Source of the DNA: Acanthaster planci
Lineage: Eukaryota
NCBI RefSeq assembly: GCF_001949145.1
Contig: NW_019091362.1
Coordinates: 1,371,838 to 1,435,837, forward strand
Direction: 5' to 3'
Length of the DNA stretch: 64,000 bases
Positions 49,701-61,700 of this stretch are shown here, piece by piece. Under the pieces are notes generated by a model. That model searched no databases. It was not told the origin of the DNA and saw only the letters and a list, made by a program, of their open reading frames with translations. The position numbers and the translations under genes are program-made. Positions within the stretch are counted from its first letter, which is position 1, and every line of letters begins with the position of its first letter.

Positions 49701-52700
49701 TTACTCAACATCATGATGTCAGAGTTCATTCGGTATTGGAGACTCAACTGGACTGTGGCCAATGGGTGGGACTCGTGTTTGACACCGAGTCGTTGGAAAA
49801 GGCTCTCGTCCATTCCTAGCTGCCTGCAGAAAAGAAACAGAACAACTGAACAAAACTCATTCTTTTCTATACAAATTTTTCTGGTCAGAAGAACGACTCC
49901 CAAACAAGCGAGGGTCTGTAAAATTTTAACATTCAACTGTTGTAGTCAAATTTCTTCATGAGTGTATGACAAAAAGCACGCATTTAAGCTAGTTGTCATG
50001 ACAACTGTGAACTGTGCACAAAATACCAGAAATTGCCAGTTTGAACAAATGATTTAAGGAATATTTTTAGAATGAAATTCTGTCGTAAGCCACAGAAGTG
50101 TAGAAGTATCAGAACCAACAAAAATGTTTTGGAAGTTCTACCTCATCACAGCAAGTTCTTACCTTGCCACAGCAAATTATTATCTCTTGGGTATCTATCT
50201 TACCACCACGAGTTAGCATCTTGCTTCAAGGAGATAGCTCACCACAATAAGATATTAACTCACAGTTCGATATTAACTCCGCAATAAGACAGCACTTAAA
50301 GTTCTTGGTCATGGCTCATCTACACTTCCATAGTTAGCATTCTGAAAACTAGTCCATCACAATTCATTTTGAGAGAGTTGTGAAATTTTTCATATTCTCT
50401 ACAAATGAATTTGACTCATTCTTCCATTCCATATTTAGATGTAAAGAAATGGACAAAAATTTAAAACAACGAAATAAAAGTGTGATTTCCATTTATAAAT
50501 TGAATTATCGTTTATTCTAATATCCTTCTACACCTCTGCACAAAACACGCAGCCCAACACTTGGGAGAATTTTACCTTGCAACACCACTTTGAACAAGCG
50601 GAGGAAGCTGCTTGTGGTCACCAACTAAGACAAAGCGCCGGGCATGGAAGAGCGGCCCAAGGCACACCAGTTGGCTGATCTGGGAAGCCTCATCGACAAT
50701 ACAGACGTCGAACATGCGGTGGGTCAGGAGGGCGTGCTTGGCACCGAGGCAAGTTGTAGCAACAATAAGCTTTGATGAAAAGTGGAAGGAAAACTGCAGA
50801 GTTGAGAGTTAGTCACAAGTCAAATCAAGTCAGTCACGGGTCAATCAGTCCTAAATAAATCCTAAAAAGCTATTTAAATGGACTGTGACAGAGGGGTGCC
50901 TTTGACAATGCTCATATCTTCAGGTCAGTCACGGGTCAATCAGTCCTAAATAAATCCTAAAAAGCTATTTAAATGGACTGTGACAGAGGGGTGCCTTTGA
51001 CAATGCTCATATCTTCAGTTCAGACCCGATTTATAAACTGACTTGCAAATTTACTTGTGGCATGACTTGTGATTGGCCAGTGACTGACTCAGTTCCAATT
51101 TTGTAAAACTCAGAATATAAGTTGCAAGGAGTTGCAGAGCAATGTCAAATTTATACATTACAGTTTGGTTTTACTGGGTTGATTAGCGACAGGCGTACCC
51201 ATATTATCTACTAAACATAAGATTTGCAAAGTGCAGAAAATACATGGTTTGGTATGAGTAGGCTACCAACAAAAGTACCATACAAATATTACATAAGACT
51301 GGTTCACTTTTTGTTTTTTTGCCGGGTAAATAAATCTGTCAAGCAAGGTTTGCCGTTTACCATCTCCATGAAATTAGCCAAAGGGTAACATTACCTGCAG
51401 AGCAGGTAAACCAGACAATGTGAGGTGGAATTCCAGTGAAGTTACTTTTATCCAGCGAAGTTATTTTTACAAAGTGGACGAGCGACCATTCTGAACCAAC
51501 AATTACAACTCTCAGGATATGAAACAAATGCTGCTTGTAAAAAAACTCACTCAGAGGTGATTCTGACTCAGTGAACGACGATGTCTTCTGTTCTGTGGTA
51601 GATGGCATGGATAATTCTCACCTTTGTTTCGAAGAGCGAAGCCAGCTGCTGGACACTCCTAGCTCCACTCAGCAATTCTTTCTCAGAGTATGCAGCTAGT
51701 TCAGGGTGAATGCGATGCACTTCTCCTAGTCTCAGAGGAGACAAGCCAAACTAAAGAGAGGGAAAACGGTCAGGAAAGACACTCCCGATTTCAGTATTTG
51801 AATCAAGTATGTGAAATGCGGACAAGACAATTGGTACTATGTGGGAGCCAGTCTGTCTTCTTTAATAATTTGTACAAAATGTGACCACATGCAATGATCC
51901 AATTCACTTATTTTGCAATAGGTTTTACTTTATTGCAAAGGGGGAACTGAGTCCTGTGTTTGATATTTCACTTATTTTGACATCCTGATGCAAATGAACA
52001 CTGCACGGATTCCAAATGTTTAGGGCTGATTCCAACAGATTTCATCGTGCTAAATTCTCTTTATATTAAGGCCTTTAACATCAGAAGTGCTGGTGGTGAC
52101 TTGTGACTCTTTTTTTTAGGCTGGGACAAAAATGGTTGTACTGCAAGCATGGCAAAGCGATACTCCACCAAGCACAGCCTCAAACAATTTTGTCAAATGA
52201 ATGTTAACGAGTTAAGGTCACCCAGGTTTGCAACAAGCAGAGAAGGCTAAAATGGAAGTGAATAAATTGGCCTACCTTGGTTAACTTGAGGAGAATGTTG
52301 TCGACAGCGGAGTGTGTGTAGCTTGTCAGTAGTACAGAGAGATTGCAAGCATACAAGATGCGAACCAGGGCCACAATGGTTGTTGTCTTGCCTTCAAGCA
52401 AAGTTCAACAAACTCAGCTGAAACATTTGTCAACTGTCCAGCATGGGAAGTTTAAAATTCTACTAACTGTCTGACGTAAGGGGAATTAAACACAAACGTT
52501 TTTCTCATCTCACAGTAGTCAATGGTTCTGAAGTAAAAAGTAACTGCCTGTGCATAAAAAAGAATGTTTTCTGTAAATTCCTAATGAAGGCTGCAAATTT
52601 ACTCAAGTGTTGTGAAGAAATAGTCCATAAAATGTATGCATAACATCCCAAGTCAACACAAAAAGAAATACCGAAATGACCAAAAAACTAACAAACCAGA

Positions 52701-55700
52701 AGGGGTAATACAGTTCATTTTGAATTTATTTCTAGTCAAACACCGGAAAAAAGAAGAAAAAGAAATAATTAACAATGTCAAAAGCTCCAGCAACACCTTT
52801 AGCTGCAATCTTCAAATCCAATTTCAATTGATTTTAATTAAATCATAACCAAACTGATCCCAAATTTCTACCTGTGCCTGGCATGCCAATGATCAATGTA
52901 TAATCGTGGCTCTTCAATACTGAATTGATGGCTGTCTGTTGATCTGTATTCAACGAGCTTAAGATTTCAGCCACTAAAATAAACAAAATAAAATGCCAAT
53001 GTGACAACTGGAAGACAAAACATGAAGAATTATTTGCCTGTAGATTGCTCTGTTGGTGACATTCCTTCATAAAAGAAGTGACACTAGAGTTGAATCAGTT
53101 TAAAAAAGATTCATCAGGCCTTGATATTTTTCCCTTCAAAACTCCAAAGTTTATTTCTTCCCTAGGAGTAAAAACATTGCCAATAATATTCTGTCAGCTA
53201 CTGTCGAATGGTATTTTTGGTCGAGACATTTTTTCTGAATTCAAATTCTCTGAAGTGTCGGATGTAATGAAAAGAATCCAGTGGACAAACAAAAATACTG
53301 TTGATTTTGAATAAGAGAAATATGAAGGTTTGGACGCAGGCATGCAAAATGTTCCAATATTTGCAAAAGAATTTGTACTTAAAGTTGAGTCCAAGACCTT
53401 TCACAAATATCGGGACATTTTTCAGCACTCTTTTTGTACTGATATCTAGATAACTCCTCATAATCGAGAACCCAAGTATCAAGTCCGTACACTGTGTAGT
53501 GTCTAACAATCCATGCTTGGTGAATTTTATGGATAAAAGAAAAGAACTTGGCTAGAAGATGCACGTAGGACCACTTAGGGTGAGAAACTAGGCTTGTGAG
53601 TGAGTGAGTGAGTGAGTGATGAATGAATGGCAGTGATTTTTTTTGGTTGTTTTGTATAAACTTGGAATTTGTATGCTTTACACAGGTGAAATTTTATCAA
53701 CTGTATAAATCTAGGCCATCTTTCCATGTCACTTTACCTTTAGCCTTGGCGGAGTCAGGAATCTGTGGTTGACTGTCAAACCCAGGTTCACTTAGTTCCA
53801 CTATGAGCTTACGAAGTCGGAAACTAAAACAGTATTCCAAGAAACATTTTCAAGTCTTTCTGTTAATATTTTCTCAGTCCACTCAACAAACCATGAGAGA
53901 GCTCAACTAAAGACCCCCAGTGGCACATATTTCTCATCTTCCAAGTATACAGCAAAGGACTAAAATCTTCTCATATTTTACCTGCTTTTACCTTTAAGTA
54001 ACATTCTGCCTTCCTGTTTGCAACCTATCTCTGCTCATCCCTTTTCAATAAAGATAAAGAATGTTCCAAGCAAAGTGCTTTGATGCAAACACTGTTTCTT
54101 ATCTCCAGGCCGAGAGGCAGTCACAACAAATGTAGAGGCACGATGCCCACGTGAGACGCCCACGCGAGGCGCAAACCTAATACAGTTGGTGTGATGTGTC
54201 CTCTGGGTGCTTTGCTGACCATATCATCCAGATACAGAACACATAATATTTTAGCTGGTAACCAGTTTCTGCTGAGCAAATCTTGTTTTACCTAGCAGGT
54301 TTCACTGTTTAGCATTGGCCCCAAAACTTAAATATTCCAGATTATGACACACACTTTTGGATTTGACGTCTCAAATGGCGTTGGCAGCGTGAATGATTAT
54401 GTGGATTACGTCTTTTGTTACAACTTACGCATTTTCATCATTGCGCATCAGTTGGGCTAAATTGACCAGACTGGATGCCATGGTGTTGTAAGCATCGTCT
54501 TTATCCAGGCGAAAGGCCTGGCTGCCTCTCCCGTTGGACTGTAAAGGTCTGAGAAAAAAATATTGGATAACTTTGTCTCGTCAATTCCCAACAAAAATGA
54601 TGTTTCACCTTCTTTTGCAAACACAAATGAGCAATAATAAATTCAAGAATCCTCTGATGATGTCGTCGCTCAGGTTACAAAATTCTCTTTGCTGATATGC
54701 TTTCACAGAATGTGGGTTGTGTGGGAAAACCGATTTAAAATTGGCACCATCGTATAGATTTCATATCTGGATGACAAACCCAATGTAACTGCTGAAGGAC
54801 GCTGTAATTATGCTATGAAACTGCTCACCGTTTACATGATTAGTGTATTCAACTATGACTTAACCTGGCAGTTTTCAGTCCTCTCATTTCCATAGAATTT
54901 TACACACAACCTTGGGGGTTACAGTTATGCAAGATGGCACTCCATTATTTTTGCTAGTTGAGAGTAAAGTGTTTAAGACATTGCAAAACTCTGGAATTTT
55001 TTTCAGTCCTACATTGGAGTTACTGGCAACAGATGCTTGGGTTTGGGGTCTACAAGCAATTACAACTTCAAGTATGAAAACGACGATTGCTGACGACAAA
55101 AACTGATGTTTTACCTTTCTGATTTGATTTTCACTTCTGTAGATGTGATGCTCTCTACAAACCCTGTGCAAGTCGCTACTTGCCTGGTTCCCTCTACGGA
55201 AACCACCACACGATCTCCAGTGGAAACGTCAAACTCTAATATGGATTTGCTAGGGGGATGCACAATTCTGGAGGAATTAATGAAAACTTGGCAATGTACC
55301 AACTTTCAAAGAAGTTCTCATCTTACAGAGAAATGATGACAGCAAGATATTGTAAAGACAAGTAAAATTTAACAGAAAAGAGCTGATACACTTTACATTA
55401 CCAAGTCCACCAAAAATATATTCATGAGATTAGTTCAAGGTTGAAATCATAGGAATAAGGAATCAAGACCAGTCAAAAGAATCCAACAAAATCCAAAACA
55501 GTTCTAACCATTTTAAAAAATGGATGTTCATGTAGCTAGCTTCACAATTTTGCTATCAAAGGGTGCTGTTGGCTTCAGCAAACTTGGTGCCTAAAACTGC
55601 CCCGAGAGAGTCAAAAACCCCTCTTCTTAAATCACAGGAACATTAGAAGATATTATCAGCAGTGGTGTCTTACCCAAGATGATTGGTTGATCGTTTGAAG

Positions 55701-58700
55701 GTAAGATGGTAGGTGTCTTGCGTTTTGTTGTGTCTACATCCAGCCAACAGTAAACCACTCAGACACTGGCCCCTGCTGCTCAGCTCTCTGGGCAACAAAT
55801 AAATAAAGGTCAAAAATTGCTCCGAAATTCAGCTTGGTATGCCATTATAAGACAAATGCAGTCATTGTATGCATGCATTGGAACAGCTAGTGAGGCTGGT
55901 TAATATTCCTCTTTAAACTGACCTAAAACCTGTCTTCTGTCATATGGTAGTTTACTAGTGGCTCATCAATCGTGTGGCAAGTACTCTCTATGAGGGTTAG
56001 TTCATATTTCACTAAAAGCAAAAACCGCAGCAACTGTGGCACTGCAGCTTACTTAAATCTGTCCACAGTTCTTATTTGTATCTGATCTTTTTGTGAATCA
56101 GTAAGTGGAATGCTCTTTTCCGTCTTGTTCAGGGGTAACCTTTGCATACCAAGGTATAATACCAATCATTCAAGCAAAGTGTCCAACCCTAAAAGTGGGC
56201 CTCGCTATTTCTGCAGATATATGCCACTAACACTGTCATAAAAAAATCACCCTTTATTCTATGAATTGTCTCTTTGTCTTATATTCCCCTTCACTAGAAC
56301 CTCATCAATAGCTTTCATCATGTTACAATTATCTTTGCAAAGAGGGACAGTGTTTTGTTTACCTTTCCTGGGCCGTCGTTGACCAGATCTGATTGGTTAA
56401 GTTCTTCTTTTCACTTGCCATACCCTCCAGGGTGCATAGCAAATACCAGTGACTGAAGTACTCAACATGGGCTGGGCACAGGTGGCTAAGCTGGTCCCTA
56501 AAGAACTGGTGCCCAGCTTCACTCAACTGGTGACCAACACCCATCTCATTGTCCATTCTGTCAAAGCGGTATGAAAATAAAAATGGCATGAAGTAGGCAC
56601 TGACTTCAAGACTGGTGAACGGAAGCAAAGTTAACTTCAAAGTTACCCAGTCTTTGCTACTTTTTCCAGTTTTATACAAAGAATGAATGGCTTTTGAATG
56701 AAACTGTCATTGGATGAGTTCAACATTTTCTGAAATCACACAATCCAAAACCTAAATCCACTCAAATGAACAATCAGGCAATTTCTTTGACCAGAATCTC
56801 ATAACTACCACAACATTTTCGTGACAAGCAAAGCAAAGCCAGATTTCTTTTCATAAATTTGAAGGAAAAAACAAAAAAGATATACACTGAGACATCCTCC
56901 GAATTACTGCAGTACGACCCACATCATGGATTTGCAGTGATGAACTTGTGAGAGACTTGAGATGAAAAAACAAAGACATTTGAACTCAACAATTTCCTAC
57001 CTCTGTAGCAATGCACAGCTGACCAGCTGCGGGCAATGGCCACAGGTGAAGTCATCCTCGATTGGGGCTGGTAACCACGGCAACATCCACTTTCCATCAT
57101 TAGCCAGCTTGGCACGCAGGCTGATGTAGTATGCAAGCTGGTTTCTTAAGTGTATGAGTTCTGGTGACAAAAACCAGGCACGGAAACAGTTGAGTCACAC
57201 CTTTAATTTCTTAGGTTCTTGGTGTTTTGTAATTATTCTGAACCTTCTTCTCAGGGATTCTGGCATTCCAATACCCCAACTGCTCTTACGCAAGAGATCA
57301 AGTCAATATAATCTGTTACTGACCTCTTTTGTCCATGTGATTAGCAGGGACAGCCAACATGGCTCCTGTCTTCAAATACAGCAACAGACCCAAGTCACTG
57401 GCTGGGCCGTCCAGAACGTCATCCAGCATTAAACTGTATAACACTAACTGAAAAGGAAAGGAAAAAGAAGATAGTGAGATTGGCAAAGTGTGAAGCAATG
57501 GCCCCCCAAAAGTTATCAGAAAACCTAAGAGTTTGTTCAATCTTATAAACAACTGCTCTTTCAAAATTCAAAAAACTTTCCATCAATCAGTTTTCATTCC
57601 ACTAAAACTTTAACTTTCACCACAGAATTATTCAAGTTCATATTAACCACTTCATGCCGGGGCATTTTTCAATGTTGATGATGCTGGGCCGGCATTTTTT
57701 TTCCGTTTTCAAAATCCTTCAAAAATTCATCATTCCATTTAACGGTTGTTTATAGCCGCACGAAGTAGTCTTTAGGCACTACTCTAAGTCGACAGGTGAC
57801 CTTCATTGACGCCTGAGTATTTCAGCCAGGCCTGNNNNNNNNNNNNNNNNNNNNNNNNNNNNNNNNNNNNNNNNNNNNNNNNNNNNNNNNNNNNNNNNNN
57901 NNNNNNNNNNNNNNNNNNNNNNNNNNNNNNNNNNNNNNNNNNNNNNNNNNNNNNNNNNNNNNNNNNNNNNNNNNNNNNNNNNNNNNNNNNNNNNNNNNNN
58001 NNNNNNNNNNNNNNNNNNNNNNNNNNNNNNCACGCATATAAACCATACGTCTCCGATTCCGGAGTCCCTGGCAGGAAGTGGTTAATAGGCAATCAAAGCA
58101 AGTTAATTTTGTTTGGACGTCTCATCCAAAACAAATTCCATTCACTTCACTATCTGATAATTACACTTCATGTTAAATATACAACAAGCAGCAGATTCCC
58201 AAACTCCTCCTACCTGACTCCTGTGCTCGATGGAGTTGGTCTGTCGTCCAGTTTTCAGCTCAAGGGGGACAGTCATCTGAGTCTTCCTGCCTTGCAGATT
58301 CCGTTGATGAATCTTGACACAAAATAATCAGCAATTACTTGGGTACTGACAAGAATTCATTCAGTGAGAGGACATCAATGTGAGAATAAATCGTCTGAGT
58401 CTCAAAGCTTTCCTCTCTTGTATGAAATCCAACATTTTAATCAAGTGCCAAGTCACAAAGAAATAAAGAAGGTAACAAAATGTACAAAGAGTGTTAAAAA
58501 AAGAGATTGCAACACGTAAAAAGGATTTGTAATTACATAATCAAAAGTGAATTTGGCGATGTTTGGCTGACATAAAAGTTTTGATTTGTTATTTTGGCAA
58601 TAGTCAACCACGCAACCGTCAAATGTCAAAATGAAGCTCCTCCATGTTTCATCTCTGGAAAAGATTTCTAGGATTCAGTCTGAATCTTGGAAGTAACTTA

Positions 58701-61700
58701 CCTTGACTTCTACTGTCAAATCCACCTTGCCTTTTGTCCCCCACCTGGGAGACCAGACTGTTTCTTCAATGTCCTTCACCCCAGAAATACAGACATTATA
58801 TTTCTCACTGTGGTTCTGTCCAGGCCTACGAGATTGGGGAATAATGAACATTGTTTGACATTACAAAAATGTGAAATTAAAAAAAAATCAGTGGAAGAGC
58901 AGCGCAGTAAAGTAAAACATTGCCTTGGAAATCAAAACGCTGAACGAAAGGGAGAAGGAAATATATTAAAAACAATTAAAATGAACAGAATTCAACAGAA
59001 ATAGTGGCAGCCAATGCATAATGATGCAAACAGAAGGAAACGGTGATGATATATACATCGATGTAAAGTTGAAAGCTTGTGCAAACAACTGACATATCCC
59101 AGACACAAAGTCACAGTAATGCCATTGACAACATGCTGAATCTGTTTGCAGGAAAACACCACCAGTTAAGTTTCCACAGTCTATAGGAGGTGATAGAAAA
59201 TGTTGTTTATAATGGATGAATTTGTAACTTAAGTCTCACAGATTTGAAAATTAAGCAAAAAAAGAAAGATGCTGCATACAGCAGACTCTAACGGTTGTAA
59301 TACCTTAAGGTCTCCTATTCATGACTTCAACCAGATCGGGAAAAAAATGTGCACTACTCAAAAAAGTTAAGGACCACTTTTTAGTTTGTGTATACTTTTT
59401 ATGTGAGATATTTTACTGCTGAAAATGTGCATTTGATGTTTTGAAACATTTTTTAATCTTTTATTTTAATGAGAACACCATGTTGACAAACAAAAAAAAA
59501 AGAAAAAAAAAAGTAGACCCCACTCATTGCTTGGAAACAAATTACAAATTAAGGAAAAAGTGGTGCTTAACTTTTTTGGGGTAGTATATCAATGGTGTTG
59601 TGGGGTTCAATGGCGTGAGTAAAGTTCAATCTTACTAACTCACATTTTGACATCTACTGTGGCACTCTGCTTTGGATTTGGTTGCAGATATCTGTCTGCC
59701 CATTGCTTCATAGGTCCAACATATTCTTGAGCGTCATCAAGAACATCTTGCTCAGTCATACCAACAGCATACCTAGCTCCGAAGAAATTAGAAAGAGACC
59801 AAAGCGTAATGCTAGGTTGAAATTGAAGTGCCACAAATATTGGGTGTAACTTATTCTTTACTTCTTACATCAGCCTCTGCAAAATGCATGGTTTTGCTGC
59901 ACACTAATCACTTATATCTAGTTTATTCTAAATATCGGGCAAATTGATAACACTGTGAGATATATTCTCTGATACAAGACAATGAAGGTTAGAACAGGGC
60001 TTATCTGGCGTAACAAAAACGGAAAAAAATTCACAACTTAAATCGGACTAATTAAAAAGCAACATTTTCAGTCCGACCACCAGGTGTCTTTTTTCGACTA
60101 CTCACATGTCTTTGAGGTAGGGCAACTGGTGCGAGACTCTGTCAACAATCTTCAGAAGACTTTCTGCAGCAAAATTCTTCCCTTCTATCGCCTGAAATCG
60201 TAATCAAAAAAATAAAAATCACTGAATGCTTTAATGGCCAAATGTCAAGAACAGATTGCGGATGACTCTTCCCTGTGAGTCTAGCGTGTGGTACATTTAA
60301 AAAGTTACCCCGCCAAAATACATCTTTAGAAATCGTTTGTGGAAATTGCTTTGTGAAAATTTGAAATTAAGAAGTCATGAAGCATGGTTTTATAACTTTG
60401 TATCTCACATTTTTTCTTTTATGTATTTCTGTTAAATTAACAAACGAAAGAACCTTTTCAATAGGTTTGAAAGTCTTCTATTTTTATTTGCAAAGATTCA
60501 TATTTCACTTCCCAAAACTGCATTGAGATCTAGGAATGACAGGATAAGTTGGTAATATTCTTTCTATTTGCTTACAGAGACATGTTATGCATTATAGTTT
60601 GAACAAAGTCAAGAAATAAGTTACCTTATCGAAAACATCATGGAGTATGGTACCTAGGAGCATGGGTTTACTTGCTTTGTCCATTCCCTAAAAAGAAAGG
60701 TTGGTGTTCATTTATTGGTGAAGAGAAATGACAGCTTCCATTGATGTCGCTAAAATGAAATGGACTAGAACTCAAGCCAAGAATTAATTGGGCAATTGTC
60801 AATGTCAAATTGTAATCAATGAGTGATGATTAAGTCACAGCTTAAAAAGTGGAGCTTTAAAAAAGGACCAAATTTGTAAAATGCCATTTAAATTTGTTTA
60901 ATTCAGATCACCACATAGAGCGATTCCTGTCCAACATGAAGCTAAAACATTTTGTTCTCAAAATGAAATTTGATTCTATTCATGTCCATTTTAGATAGAG
61001 ATATACTCACTTTAAACTTTTCACTCAGCACTGACCTGGGACAAAAATACCAAAAATACCACTCATTCGGATGAGTACTAACGGAAAAAATGCAAATGAA
61101 ATTACAATATGAAGATTCCAATGAAGGCTTCGTAGACTGTTCACACAAAAACTTACAAACTAATCCGCGACAACATCACTGAGATGACACCACAGTGTTA
61201 CAAGTCTCACGCTTTCTCAAACTTGAGGTGGAAATTGATGTTGGCTTTTTCAAAACACAAATGTGCACAAGGTGGTGCCACGACAATAATGGATTCTGAT
61301 TGTTGTCACTGGGTTAGTCAATAGTTGTATGCTTTGAATGAATGCTGATGTGTTGAATATCACTTCCTATATTATGAAATAGGGAAAATCAGAAATAAGT
61401 TGAATATCAGCGTCAAATTTTGGTGTCTTCAAAGAGCTTTGCATTTGCTGATTTTTCTCTCATACGCCATGGATACTCTCACATGGCCTTTGCGGATGGG
61501 CAAGAGCACCCTCAATAGTTCATACACAGATCCAATGGTGAAATGGCATTATGGGAAACTGACCTCCTCATGCAGTGGATACTGCGTGAGATGTTGGTGC
61601 CAGTCAGCAGTCGGTCAGGGTGAACCACCAGGAAGTGATTCTGCTGGTCTATGGTGCACATCCCGCTGGAGTCAAACCGTCCGTGGACGGCCACCATGTC

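Larger units (their letters stand above)
7833..58030. other. Assembly gaps (N runs) at 7833-7953, 24596-24739, 40493-40672, 47278-47421, 57835-58030
   Basis: Runs of n in the sequence. All are intronic or intergenic; no exon appears to be missing from the reconstructed frames. Confidence 0.99.
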
